A DNA stretch of 64,000 nucleotides from Callorhinchus milii (taxonomy: Eukaryota), in assembly GCF_018977255.1 (NCBI RefSeq), contig NW_024704743.1, positions 86,678,001 to 86,742,000 of the forward strand. The letters are read 5' to 3'. The notes under the pieces are model-generated. The model was not told the origin of the DNA. It did no database searches and saw only the letters and a program-made list of their open reading frames with translations. Of the stretch, positions 11,666 to 25,144 are shown piece after piece (within the stretch, counting starts at the first letter, position 1; every line of letters starts with the position of its first letter). Made by a program: the position numbers and the translations under genes.

Positions 11666-14404
11666 AAACATAGTATGGTGATCACTTTGGTTTCATCCTC
11701 ACCCAAATGGGTGCAGTTTCCCACAATTCTTGGTATATCAAGTAAACCAGCCAAGGAGTGCTAGAGTTGGCCTAGGTAACAGTAGGATGAAAGGGGGTGG
11801 GGGTGGGGGTGGGTTAGGGAAGGAAGGTTAACAACATAGGTAGAATTCCTGGTGTGTTGTGTGAATGTTGGATGAGGGCAGGACAACTTTGGACTTGGCT
11901 TATATTAAGGATATTAGCAAGGATGTTACGAAAATTGCTGCGATTATTATTTCCCATTTATGAATATATCATTGAAGAACAATTTAAATGGCTCACCAGA
12001 ATTTGAAGAGTCAGGGAATGTGTTGGCTCCCTCGCTCAGAATACTTTACATAATGGCAATCCTTTATTTTCTGGCCATGTCAGCCTTTTCTGGAGATTAC
12101 TGTCTCTAGCCTACAGTAAAAGTCATTGTTTTGAATCTTGCTGCATAGTCAAGATCACCGTGGGGTTCAGTTTAATGCTGTGCATTAATGCAGAACATTA
12201 TTTTTTTGTCCACACTAAAAATGTCTCAGTGACCCTCAGTTTCCGGCAACTAGAATGAAATTATTAAGAGCCTGAAATGTAGTTATTCAATTTTCAAAAT
12301 ATTTCTTGATTATAATAATAATAATTCTTGCATTTGATAGAGTGCTACAAAGTCTTTGTGCAAAGCGTAGTGTAGTGACTGTGGGTATGTAGGTGATGGT
12401 TTTGTCTCACTATTATTCCAGAATTTACAAAACATAGGAAGTGAAGTAAAACAATGTGGAAATGAATGCATATTTCTACTAGCATTCAACTTGGGTTGGA
12501 AACAAGTACAAAAACTGAGTGCCACGTTGATGACATTCCCACAGGGCTCAATCCCACTCAAGACAATGAGAATTGCTCCAGGAACAACCTTATGAATTGT
12601 ATGTATTTCTTGCAGAACTATGGGACAAGGTGCGGCATTTTTTTCTCCCATTGATAGAATAACACTGGCCCCGCTAAGCACCCTGGAGGTAGAGGCTGCT
12701 TCACAACAGGTACGACTATTTCCCAAGGCTCCTCACATCAGGACCTGGCATAATCAACTGATGCTGAGTGAGCTTGGTATACAGCAATGGACTTGGATGT
12801 TGTGAACATCAAGCTGTCTGGCACCTTGCAAGTTTTCCCGTAAAGGTCCTCCCACCACACTGAAAGTCAATGTACATCAGATAGCTGATGAGGAAACTCT
12901 GAGGCTCAGTATGCAGTATTGCAGGGTACCTTTGATGACAGCACAGCTCATTGGCAGGACTTGGAAACGCAGACCAGTCCCTCGGGTCAGGGAATCATTC
13001 CAGTCAGCTCCTATTAACCGTACAAGACAAAGCCCTAATGGGTAGGGTGGTCCTAGCTGGACCAGCCGCAGGAAAGCTTGCCATTGACCCTCAATTGTGG
13101 TATGCACTCTTTGTGTATTAAAACAAAGATCCCCATTCTGGAAGGAAATTGCTAGCATCACAACATTGGTTGACATCTGCCATCTCTCTGTCACAGAATA
13201 GACTTTACAACAGTGTAGTCTAAAATAAACTGTTGCTTAATGAGGATGGGTACATTACAGACTTTACTGCCTGCCAACATGATAAAGTTACGAACATCCA
13301 ATTTAATTCATTTTCTTTGACTTGATAAACCTATTTTTAAGTGTGTGAGCATTTAAGGGTTTAGGAACTATTGCTGACCACTGCTGATTGTGTATACAAT
13401 TTATGGTATGTATAGTGTATCTGAGTCACAAGAAAGAATATAGGGTTGTGACTGAGGCCAGAATGCAATCTTGGTTTCTATAGAACTTGAACCACTGATA
13501 CAGAAACCATACTTCAAAATATCTGCTGAGTTTAGAAGATATGTTGTCAAAATACTGTGCTTGGGCTTGCCACAGAGCAATGAGAAACACCACCCATACA
13601 GAATGGGAATCGTTGACTGATAACATACACAAAGAGCAAGGAAGCACATGGGAAGATGTATGGCTCAGGTAATAAAAGGAACAGCTCCGAACAGTGGGAT
13701 CTCTCAGTTATTAGGGATCCCCTACTAATCTTGGCCAGACACATATCAGTGTTCCTCATTAGACAAGGAAAAGATACAGCATCTTAGATATATGCAGCAG
13801 GTGTAGTGGAGGATGGAAGAGTCAAACACCCAGATTAAACTTGATGGATCTCAGTCAATCATATATGCAATTGCAACCTCCTCAACCAATGCCTTGGAGC
13901 ATCCCTTGGGAAGATTATTATTGTAGAAACTCTAATATCTATAAAGAAGAAATTGTGGCCAATACTTTGAGCTCCCAAAGTATGCAGCAAGTTTATAGTG
14001 CCACTAGAGGTGACCATAAAGCATGTGACATTGCTTGCTGTTTGCCTCGTAGGTCTAAGTAATGCTTTGCTAGTCCTCCAATTTTACTAATAGCTTTGTA
14101 ACATTCAGTGCACTCACTGCTTTGGGCACATTCTGCCCTCTCTCAAATCAATCGCTAATGTGGAATTGTCTCGTTGGCCTCTGTTGGGATTAGGTTCCTG
14201 GGTTTTAAAAACCTGTAGATTGTAGGAGGAAGGGAAAATACAGTACTTGAGGTCTGCAAGAGGAGATGCTTCAATAAGACTGATTTCCTCACAGTGAGAA
14301 TGTAAGTTTTACTTACTTACACCTTTGGTTTTGTGATTGGTTCTCAGTTAGATAACAATGGGGTACAACTTGGAACATTTGCTAAAAGATTTTTGCTATC
14401 AACT

Positions 14405-14780
14405 GAATCTCTCTCAGTTCTGGGTCAGAAGTTGTGGGTTCAAATTTTATGTTAGGATTTTGAGCTCATATTCTAGGTTGATATTCTAGTACAGTGTTAA
14501 GGGAACACATTGAATAAGAAATTAAAAAACAAGGTAACATTTTCCTGTTCAGGTGAAAGTTAAAGATCCCACAAAACTATACGAAAGAGAAGGGAGTTTT
14601 TTCCATTGCCCAGTCCATCAAACCTCCAGATAAAATTGGTCATTCACTTCATAGCTGTTTGTGGGACCTTGTTATGCGCAAAATTGGCTGCCGTGTTTAG
14701 CCTACAAAACACACAGTCACTGCACTTTACAGTTTATCCCGTGAAACACTTTGAGACGTCTTCCTGATGTGAAAGGCACG
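14405..14780 (+). mobile_element. Deu-type SINE followed by a possible Tc1/mariner-type MITE relic (14781-14968)
   Basis: gttaaagatccc core and SINE tail, then weak inverted termini acagtaatactcgcata / tatgtgaaggtttactct. Confidence 0.65.
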
Positions 14781-16965
14781 ACAGTAATACTCGCATAGGT
14801 CTTATCTCTATAAATCATATAATCGCCTAAGTCATACGTCTGCCCAAGTCCTGTTCAAGAATTTATATTGTATGCAAGTTTGACATAACTCATACTTTGC
14901 ATAAGTCATTTTAAATCTATGGTCCCAACTGTGAAGGTTATGTGAAGATTATGTGAAGGTTTACTCTTTATCAAAGACAAGAATTATTATTATTATCCTC
15001 TCATGCCTAGTAGCTTGTCAATTTTTCTTTTGATATTTTTAAATATTGCCCCAGTGTAGAAAAATAGGCCACCATCAGTGCTTTCAGGGCAATGGATCAT
15101 CACTGATGTCACTTGGTGTGCACGCCTGCAGGAAGCTGCCAGTCATTCTGGCGTGTATTACCACCAGTTGCTAGGGAGGTGCTAAATTACTATTATTGTA
15201 TAAATGCCAGGAGACCTCCTGTGCCTGAACATCATGTGCAGGAATCAAGTATTTGGGTTATCGGGTGGGTGTTCATCCACAAAACACAGTCACTGCACTT
15301 TACAGTAGTGTTTTGGGTCATACTCCCAATGTAAAAGGCTTTACACCAAACGCAAGGATTATTATTATAAACCAACACTGTTACTTCACGTGTGAAGTTC
15401 TCAAACAAAAAGAATATTACCTGTAAACTGTCGGTCACTTTTTAGGAACAGGACTTCAAAGAATTGTGGTTTAAAGTCTAAAGGAGCCTTGGTCTGATCT
15501 TATTCCCCAGGCAATGAACCGTCAATCAGAAACCATGCTGAGCACTGCATAATTCATTGCATCATCTGCAAATTGATTTCAGTGCCAAGGATAAAATAAA
15601 AATAACATATAACACTTTGTAATACATTTCTTTAAAAAAAAGTTAAAGAGTAATAAGCATAATTCACTGTGAAATTAAAAATCTGGAATTAATTTCACTG
15701 ATCATGAAAGACCTGTAACTTTCTCAATCCTGCAGGGCATGTAAGCAACTGGTCTACAAACCTCTTAATGTGAGTTTCGGCTTTGATTTACCTTCAATGT
15801 TCTCTCGCTTCCAAACTTACAATTCACTTTGGATTTTTTTTTCACGAAAAGGTCTGCAAATATTCATTGCTCCAAAGATAGTCTGTCACTGAAATGATTC
15901 AGACCGTAAAAATATACAGAGCCAGTGAGGAGTAGATGGTGGATGCCCCAAATAAAAATTTATATTAAAGGTTTGATGTGAGGATTATACAGGCCAGGGT
16001 CTGATGTCCAAAATTACTACTAGAGATGGGAAAATTGATTGAATATTAAGATTGAGATTACAAATTAAAATTATAAATCAATAGAAGCTTTTATTCCAGA
16101 CTAACTAAAATGTATGTGTGTGTGTGTGCTGCAGAGATATTTTGAATGCTGAAAGGGCTGAAGGAAACAATTTTGCTCTAGAAGTCGGGAGGGAGTGTTC
16201 AGGCCCAAATCCTCCATTGAAGACAGTTTTTTACCATCACAAAATGATTTGTGTCCATGATAATTGTTACATCACACCTCATTTTACCCCAAAATAATTG
16301 TAGACTCCCTGTCTCTCATTCTCCTCAAATCAATCTCTACCACCTAGCTATCTAATGCTCTCTCGAATTTGCCCTCACAATCTGCTTCCACCACTTCCCC
16401 ACATAGTCTATTCTATATTTCACGAATCACAGTATAAAGCAAGTAAAAATAATCTGTCCCCTTTCCCTCTGCACCCTTTGTTCTGGGTTCGCTATACTAT
16501 TGAATATCTAAATGATTGAATCAGGACTGAATTCAAGTTAATTATCACACCATCTCACAGGCCAGCATGCCTGTTAATACTATTATGGTCTGGTATCTTT
16601 AAATTGGACTGGAAAACATAAATCAGTAAAGTAGTAATAATAATCCTTACTTTACAAATAGGGCCTTTCATGTTGGATATCTCAAAGCGCTTGACAGAAT
16701 TTATTATAAAGTGTAGTGACTACAATTTTGTGGGCAATGAGGCAGCCAATTTGGGCACACCAATGTCCCACAAATAGTCATGAAGTGAAAGACCAGTTTT
16801 TATTTTGTGGTTCTCGGCCTGGACACCTGGAGAAAGTCCTTTCTCTTTCAAATAGTGCCATGGGATCTTTAACGTCCACCAGAATAGGCAAACAGGACCT
16901 CGATGTAATGTCTCATCTCAAGAACAGCACCTCGAACAATGCAGCACACACCCAGTTCTGCATTA

Positions 16966-17640
16966 TAAAAATAATAAATAATAATATAGCACCTTATCAT
17001 GTCTTTGAAGCATCTCAAGGCGCTTCACAGAAAATACTGTAAAATGATTGACTGTATATTTTGCGGGTGAAACACGGCAATCAATTGTACACAGCAGTGT
17101 CCCACAAACTGTCGTGGATTGAGTGACCAAATTTTTTTTTAAATGTTTTTTTTAAGAAATTATTACCCCTGGTAAAGCGATTGGTAATAATAATAATAAT
17201 CCTTGCATTTGATATAGCGCTTTTCACGTCGGGAGGACGTCCCAAAGCGCTTCACAGAACACACTGTAAAGTGAATTGACTGTATATTTGTGGGCGAACG
17301 CGGCAGCCAATTGCGCACAGCAATGACCCACAAACAGTCGTAGATTGAAAATGACCAATTTTATTATTGGTTTTGGTTTTGGAGGGATTATTATTAGGCG
17401 TGTGGAGTAAGGAAACTTGCCGAAGGTTTCGCCCTGCCTGGAATTGAACTCAGGTCTCTCACTTGCAAAGCGAGTGCTCTAACCATTGAGCGACAGGACT
17501 CCACTAACAAATGGGTTTCTACTTCCTGCTAGGTAAACAGAGGTGTGTGGAGTAAGGAAACTTGCCCTACCGGGGAATCGAACCCATGTTCTCTCGCTTG
17601 CAAGGCGAGTGCTCTAAACATTAAGCTACAGGACTCCACT
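16966..17640 (-). mobile_element. Older tRNA-derived SINE split by the young SINE
   Basis: Tail half at 16966-17185 and head half at 17505-17640; joined, they are colinear with the 4861-5240 copy. Confidence 0.85.
17186..17504 (-). mobile_element. Young full-length tRNA-derived SINE nested within an older SINE (16966-17640)
   Basis: Head with A box and B box (GAGTTCAATTCC), TGC anticodon-like loop, (TTA)n tail; ~8 differences from the 23432-23756 copy. Confidence 0.92.
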
Positions 17641-20577
17641 GGCTTTTGAGGGTCAGCATAGACTATATGAGTTCCCATTCCCAACATAGGAGCACAATGC
17701 TCTGTCTTATTCAAGCAACTTTTAAAACAATATTTTGTTCAATAATTTTCAGGTTTTTTTTAGAAAGCTTTTTTTTAAAAAAAACCCGAGTGAAAGGCAA
17801 CAACAGAATAATAATGATCTCGAATAAAACTCATTAATATAATATAAAATAGAAGCTTACAAATAAGCATTTAGTTTTAAAATAAAGCTGTCTTCACATG
17901 TTCGTCACAATGAGCATGCAAAGGGGAAACACTGGAATGACCTCTATCGCTTTGACTTAGGTCAGTGTTGTTTCTCAGAACTGCAACAACTGCAACAATA
18001 ACGATAACGACAGCATCAATTGCAATTCTATAGCACCTTTCACACAGGGTAGCGCATTAGAGCACAATAAGCATGTAAAATACTTTTTCATTAATGGCAC
18101 AATTAAAAAAAAAGGGTATTCCCTACTTCCTTATGAAGCATCATCTACTTCATAGCACTTCCACTTACAGTTTTTGCAAACTGCACGTCTTTAACTCACA
18201 GCTGCCTCCTGCTCCGTTTTTGTTGGAGAAACAGGGACTTTTGTTGCCAATGGATCAGTTTAATGTCTCTAATGGCAGTTGGGATGACACTGGCAAACGG
18301 CTGAAGATGAAACCAAAGCTGACCACATGGCAACACCATGGTGATGCTTAAAAATAGCTGGCTGCTTTGTTGCCAAAGTCACTGTGCCACTCTGAGTAGG
18401 CAGCTTTAGTGCCACTTGGCACTACAAGATTAATTGCTGGCTTTGTGTTGCCATGGTTTGGGATTCGATAACAGTCTGTTTTGCATAAGCATCAGGTTTT
18501 TTTATATATAAAACACTTATTCATTAACTGGCTTAATTAAAAATATAAAAGAAACAAGATACAATGTTACAATGGGTGGATTAATTGTGTGAATGTTCTT
18601 TTGTCTCACAGACATCACATTTCTTTCACTTGCTTTCAGGTTACTTCCACAATGCTGTACTTTCATGCCCAGATCTGTTACTTAAAGCCACAATATTATC
18701 CTAGTTTCAGTGCACGTCCAGTTCAAGCCATATCTCCAACATTGAGCAAACAGTACTTGGAATGACTTAGGAAGTGGGGCTGCTAGGAAGTAGATTACTG
18801 CAATAATTCAATTCACAACACTCGTGTCAGAGAAATATCAGTGGTAATAAAACAAATTCATCTTCCAACATGATTTCAATAGTGACAAAGGGATGACACA
18901 ATTCTGTTCTGACTGACGTTCTCTATCTGGTCAGTTTGGCATGTGCTGATATCCATCATGATATAGTGTTGACCACTACACAGTCCAAAGCTCATGCACA
19001 GAAATAACAGTGACATTTCTGCAGTTATATTTATATTTCTGTTATATTTCAAATATATTTCAAATTTCAAACATTTAAATATCAAGTTATATTTCTGCAG
19101 TTATCCAATTATGATGCCCAAAAAAAAAAATTTCTCGGGGTAAAAAAAATTAAGACCAACTTTTTCTTCAGTTGAAGGAGGGTCAAACTCCAAAGAGGAA
19201 TTACAGGAACTGAGGGCACATTAGTGAAGAACAATCTACTACAAAACTACAGCATCAAGGTCCCTGCACTGATTACTAAAAAGAATGCAATCAATGCAAA
19301 TCTATGATACAAAACCAAGTTTCTTTTGTTCCTCTAATTTCTCTTAGCACAGACTCGATCGCTAACACAATGTTGTAATTGTCCCATTGCAGACTTGTGC
19401 TGTAATAAATTTTTGATATAATCACAATAATAACCCTTGCATTTGGTATAGCACCTTATCACATTGTCAAGACATCTCAAAGCACTTCATAGGATATAGT
19501 GTAAAGCTGTTTTGACTGTGTTTTGTGGGCGAAATGCCTTATCATGAAATTGAAAAGTCTCAACGGGCTACACAGGATTTTCTGTAAAGTGTTGTGAATG
19601 TACTTGTAGGTGAATGCGGCAGTGGATATGTGCACAGCAATATCCCACAGGCAGCCATGAAGTGAATGACCAATTCTATTTAGAGTCCAGCACCTTCAGT
19701 ATTGCATTGGGGTGTCAACCGAGCATATGAGCTCATGACTGCAAAGGGTTGAAAACTGCCTTATATATAAATAACAATCAATGAAAAGTCAATTCTGGGA
19801 ATTTAACAGGAGCAGATATTCCGACTGATAAATATCACATCAAATGTTCCATTTTTCACCGCAATAATTTTTTTTAGCAAGACTCTGCTGCTCTGTAGGA
19901 ATCGGCACACATATTATGAGTGATGGAAATAAAATCCACCAGCTAGTACTGCCTTTGGAAAAATATCTGCAAAAATATCCAAGCGTCTTCCATTAACTTT
20001 CAACTTCTGGGCAGAGATATTAACTCACCCACATCTCTCCCCTTCCTCCACAAACACACACACACATCCGGGATACACACATAAATAACTGCATCCAGTT
20101 CCGGCAGCATACAACCAAGGTGTCCAATGGAATATTTCTTCATCTCAATCTCTACCTATATCCTTCAAATACTGTTTTCAAGGAGACACTTCTCCAGTAC
20201 CTTTTTCATTGAGTTAACTAACTCAGTCTCAACATTTTGTATCCCATAAACCACCTTAGGAGAGGACAAATATTCCAATCTCTCATCTGCCTTAGGCTAT
20301 TCATTTGAAACCTATATCATCTAAGTCTGTTTTTATTGTCTAAATCAAACAGATAAGCACAACAATAAAAAAAAACTAAACAGACGTACAAGTATTGCTG
20401 CTGTACCCAATGCTTCACAAGTGATATTTAGACTTGTTAAAGGACCATTATACCAATGTAGCAAGAAGAGAACTGTTTAAAGAGAGCAGGTGGTATTTAA
20501 ATATTCAGGGTATTTAGATAAAATACTTAGATTTAGAAACATGAATAGATGTGTAAAATTAGCTCCTAATGATCTAT

Positions 20578-20992
20578 AATAATAATCTTTGTATTGGGGA
20601 TAGAATGTTCCACATTGAAACAATATCTCAAAGCGTTGCACAGGATTTACTGTGAAGCAGAATGTTTGTATGTTTGTAGACGAATGCAGCAACCCAATTG
20701 CGCACAGATACATCCCACAAACAGACATGAAATGAACAACCAATTTTTATTTTAGGGGATTTTTGGCGAGGCCACTTGGAAAATCTCCCTTCTCTTTTTG
20801 AGTAGTGCAAGTCTTGGTGTACAGTCTCAACTGTAGGATGGCACCTCTATCAATCCAACCTCCCCACCCCACCCCTCTCCCCACATACTGCAATGGAGTG
20901 TCAACCTAGACTGTGTGAGTTCAAGTGCCAACATGGTCTTGAACCAACATCTGATTCACAGCCAAGAGTGCTACCGACTGAGCCAGGCTGAA
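20578..20992 (-). mobile_element. Deu-type SINE (related copies at about 2507-2865, 4160-4532, 16636-16950, 19426-19750, 59318-59815 minus; 27140-27525, 41440-41700, 49510-49770 plus)
   Basis: Shared head (actgagccaggctga reverse), body and (TTA)n tail seen by eye across copies. Confidence 0.7.
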
Positions 20993-22474
20993 ACCTCATG
21001 TCACAGGCTGAAACATCCTAAACTGCTGTCAGGTTATTCACTTATCAAGGGGTGGCTAATGAAAGACATTGCTTTGACATTGTGAGAGTGAACACTGAAC
21101 TGTAGTTATTCACAGGCTGTAGATAGTGCTACAATGATTGAAACTCCTGGTCTTCTCAGACCCCTGGTGCAATAACCTCCGGAGCTGGACATCTCCCTCA
21201 ACCATGTGGCCTTCCTCCTCTCCCTACAGCTTCTCCCAGCACCTCACCAGAGGGTCCAGCTGCTGTACAGGCTGCAGATCTTCTCCTGATTCCCTACAAG
21301 TTCCAACTCGTCAACAGTTTCCTATCAGCATTCTACAGGATCCAACTCATTCAAACCACTGCCGCGTGGGATTCTGAAAGTATTGTACAACAATTTGCAT
21401 TGATATAGCTCCCTTCACGCAGGTAGCATCTTAAATTGTTCATTATACTGGGATCTACTTTCTCATTCCCATTTAAAATCATTTATACTTCCATAAAATC
21501 CCCTGTGAGATTGAAGAACCCTAGCTGATTGCTCAAACACTGGGGATCAATATCACTGCTCTTCTCTGAACTGCCTCTAGGCCTGGGCATCCCCTTACAT
21601 CACAGTGACGAGGCTGTATGCAATAGTCTAGCTGTGACCTGACCAGAACACTATAAAGTTTGAGAATGTTCTCAGGAATGTGAACTCATCTGATTTGACA
21701 ACATAGTCCAACTGTTTGACAGGATGTCTGCCTTATTTAACTTTGCCTAACACTGTTTTGACATGGTGATTGATGAGTCCACTAACACTCCTAGGTCTCT
21801 TTCAAATTCCCCTTTGTCAACTTCTGTCTCTTCCAATGGAGAACATGCACATCCTATTCTTCAAGGAGGAATTCAGGCAAATGGGGACCTCTTACAATAA
21901 CTAGAAATACATTATGATCCACAGGGAACTTGCTCCTATGCAAAATACTTTGGGAGCAGTGTTCCTGCAAGGGAACAGAAATTCTAAACAGGATTCAACA
22001 GCAACAAATTGCACTTATATAGCACCTTTCACATCACAGGAAGAAATCCCAAGGCGTTGCCTTAGATTCTTTATTAGGATTTCTTATTAAAGAACCATGC
22101 ATTAGGAAATATCTCAAATTAAAAACACAGGCTAGTGTTTGATTTCAAGAGAAGTGATCAACATAAGCGATTATCGAAAAAAAATAGAAATGAACTTCTT
22201 TGAAGAGAGTTCCAAATAAAACTTGTTTACTGATTTTTTCTTAATTTTTTAATGGAGATTAAATTCAGATTTACACATGGTTACTACATTGACACACTGA
22301 GTTTGTGCACTGGCACATTGTTCCACAGGGTTTGGCTCAGAGATTTGATTTCACTCTGCCCACTCACAGCAAGTATGGAAGAAGGATAGGATACCACTCA
22401 GTACGGACTCCACAGTAACCTAGAAAACAGTCCAGAGCAGCATTAGGGAACAAGGCCCCTATCACCAATGCAGT

Positions 22475-22550
22475 TATTATAATTATTATTATTATATTTT
22501 ATTATTATATAATATTATTATATTATTATTAGAATATTACTATTATTATT
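22475..22550. repeat. Degenerate (TAT)n AT-rich microsatellite
   Basis: Direct reading. Confidence 0.85.
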
Positions 22551-23232
22551 ACTGGGACTTGACCTGAAAGTAATCAAATCATTGACTTTTACCCCCAAAT
22601 CATTTACCTTCAAAATAAATAGAAACTACACCATTGGTAAGTGCTCCAATACATTACCCCATGTGAAGGATGCTATATAAATTCAAGTTGTTGCTGTAAC
22701 TATCTGAAGGCAGTTATTCATAAGTGATGTTGCTAAAAAAACTTCCTCGCACATTGAAGTCCAACATCTAATGGTTTCTAATGGGATTTTTACAAAGGAT
22801 CCATAAGGGGACCTTTTTCGTGACACAAATTATGATAGACACATAACACTGACCATGGGAACGCTTCTCAGTGGGTAAATCATGTCGGAGCAGAGCTGCC
22901 ACAAGTCAGTGAGACAAATTTCTGTTTTCCTCAATTAAGAACTCCTGCTAGAAATCTGAATGTTAGATCCACCCAATCACTGTCAGCACAACAACTCTAA
23001 TGAAAGGAGAGCAGAAAGACATAAGAATTAATTTTTGCATTTGATATAGCATTAGGGCATCTCAAAGTACTTCACGTTAATTGTTGTCAAGTGAAGTGTC
23101 TGAAAAATATTGCTGTGTGCAAATTGGTTGCTGTATTCACCTATAAGTTGAAGCAAACAGCATTAACTTATTCAAGAGAACATGTGATGCATACACAAGG
23201 GAGAAAGGCATAAAAGGGATAAGGAGGGGTAA

Positions 23233-24466
23233 AGTAGCCTGACATCGGTGCTAGGGAAAATTCTAGAGTCTGTAACTAGGGATGTCGTCGTGGGGCACTT
23301 AGAAAGTCATAATATGATTTGGCAGAGTTAACATGGTTTTATGAAAGGGAAATTGTGTTTAACAAATCTTTTAGAGTTTTTTGAAGATGTAACTGGTAAT
23401 TTAGATGGGGAGAACCAGTGGATATGGTATAATAATAATAATAATAATCCTTGCATTTGATATAGCGCTTTTCACATCGGGAGGACGTCCCAAAGCGCTT
23501 CACAGAACACACTGTAAAGTGAATTGACTGTATATATTTGTGGGCGAACGCGGCAACCAATTGCGCACAGCAATGTCCCACAAACAGTCGTAGATTGAAA
23601 ATGACCAATTTATTATTGGTTTTGGTTTTGGAGGGATTATTATTAGGCGTGTGGAGTAAGGAAACTTGCCCAAGGTTTCGCCCTGCCTGGAATTGAACTC
23701 AGGTCTCTCACTTGCAAAGCGAGTGCTCTAACCACTGAGCTACAGGACTCCACACTTATACTTAGATTTTCAGACGGCATTCGACAAGGTGCCACATAAA
23801 AGGTTGTTACATAAGATTGGGGCACATGGAATTAAAGATAATATATTAGCATGAAACGATGAGTGGTTAACAGGNAGAAAACAGACAGTAGGGATAAATG
23901 GGTCCTTCTCAGATTTGGCAGGTTGTGACTAGTGGAGTGCCACAAGAATCAGTGCTTGGGCCTCAACTGTTTACAGTCTACAACAATGATTTAGATGAGG
24001 AAATAGAGCTTAATATATCTAAGTTCGCGGACGATACAAAGCTAGGTGGCAAAGTAAGCTGTGAGGAGGACACATGGAGGATGCAAAGGGATATAGACAG
24101 ATTAAGTGAGTGGGCAAGAAGGGTCTTGACAGGGTAGATAGTGTGAGACTGTTTCCCCTGGTTGGAGAATCTAAAACTAGGGGTCATGTCTCAGGATTGA
24201 AGGTCAGCCCTTTAAAACTGAGTTGAGAAAACATTTCTTCACTCAGAGGGTAGTGAATTTATGGAATTCTCTACCCCAGAAGGCTGTCATTGTCATTGAA
24301 CATATTCAAGACTAAGATTGATAGATTTTTAAAAACTAAAGGGATTAAGGGATATGGGGATAGGGCAGGTAAATGGAATTAAGTTAGAAGATCAGCCAGG
24401 ATCTTATTAAATGACGGGGCAGGCTCGAGGGGCCGAATGGCCTACTCCTGCTCCTATTTCTTATGT
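23233..24466 (+). mobile_element. CR1 LINE RT fragment and 3' end, internally deleted near 24120, split by a SINE at 23432-23756
   Basis: PVDMVYLDFQTAFDKVPHKRL across the SINE; SGVPQESVLGP and SKFADDTKLGG; CR1 3' tail. Confidence 0.93.
23432..23756 (-). mobile_element. Young full-length tRNA(Ala-like)-derived SINE inserted in CR1
   Basis: Minus strand reads gtggagtcctgTAGCTCAGTGGttagagcactcgcttTGCaagtgagagacctGAGTTCAATTCC...; tata flanks both sides. Confidence 0.93.
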
Positions 24467-24479
24467 ATAAATTGCAGCG

Positions 24480-25045
24480 CAGAATAATTGGGCTTAATTA
24501 TCTGTTTCTGTGGGAGGAAGTGGGGGGAGAGGTGTGCGCGGAGTTCATTGGCAACAACGCATTCTAGGATTTTTGCGAGGAAGGGCAGGTTTGAAATAAA
24601 ACGGTAGTGGCTGGGATTTGAGGGATCTAGGGAAGATTTTTTGAGGAGGGGGTGATGACAGCAGTTTTGAAGGGGCCAGGGACTGATCCGGAGGAGAGGG
24701 ACAGGTTGATGATATCAGCCAGTAGTGGGTAGAGGAGGGGGAGCTGGGTGACTAGCAAGTCGGTGGGGAGGAATTCAGGTGGTGGGTTTCATTGAGGTGA
24801 TGGTAGGTGAGAGGGAGGAAGGAGAGAGGGGGAGGAAGGAACGTAGGATGGTGAAGGGGATGGAGAGGGCATGGTGGTGCGTGACAAGAGGCAGGAGGAT
24901 GAGGCGGATAATGTGTATTTTGGATGAAAAGAAGTCCATGACCTCCTTGCACTTGGTATTGGATGTGAAGATTGAGGAGGCCTGAGGGGGCACACGGAGG
25001 AGGTAGTGGGTGGTGGAAAAAAGGATTTTGGGATTGTTTTTAGAA
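24480..25045 (-). mobile_element. Internal L2 LINE fragment (older subfamily)
   Basis: Translates KNNPKILFSTTHYLL...KCKEVMDFFSSKI, homologous to KDNPRILFSTTNHLL...NCKEMLDFLKSKI of the long copy. Confidence 0.85.
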
Positions 25046-25144
25046 GATGTGTGACATTTGTGAAGCCATAATCTCAAATGAGTCATGTTTCAAGAATTGG
25101 TACAAACATAATGGGTTGAATGACTTTTATTGGTGCAGAAAAAA

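Noticed and set aside
13999..14014. CTCF-like gccactagaggtgacc
   Set aside because: Lacks the GGC at the 3' end of the core; too weak to call.
23680..23753. tRNA-Ala-like gene (also 17430-17504, 17570-17640, 5170-5240)
   Set aside because: These are SINE heads that run directly into SINE body and tail, with no proper acceptor stem or terminator.
23875..23875. Ambiguous base n
   Set aside because: Sequencing ambiguity inside a CR1 relic, not biological.
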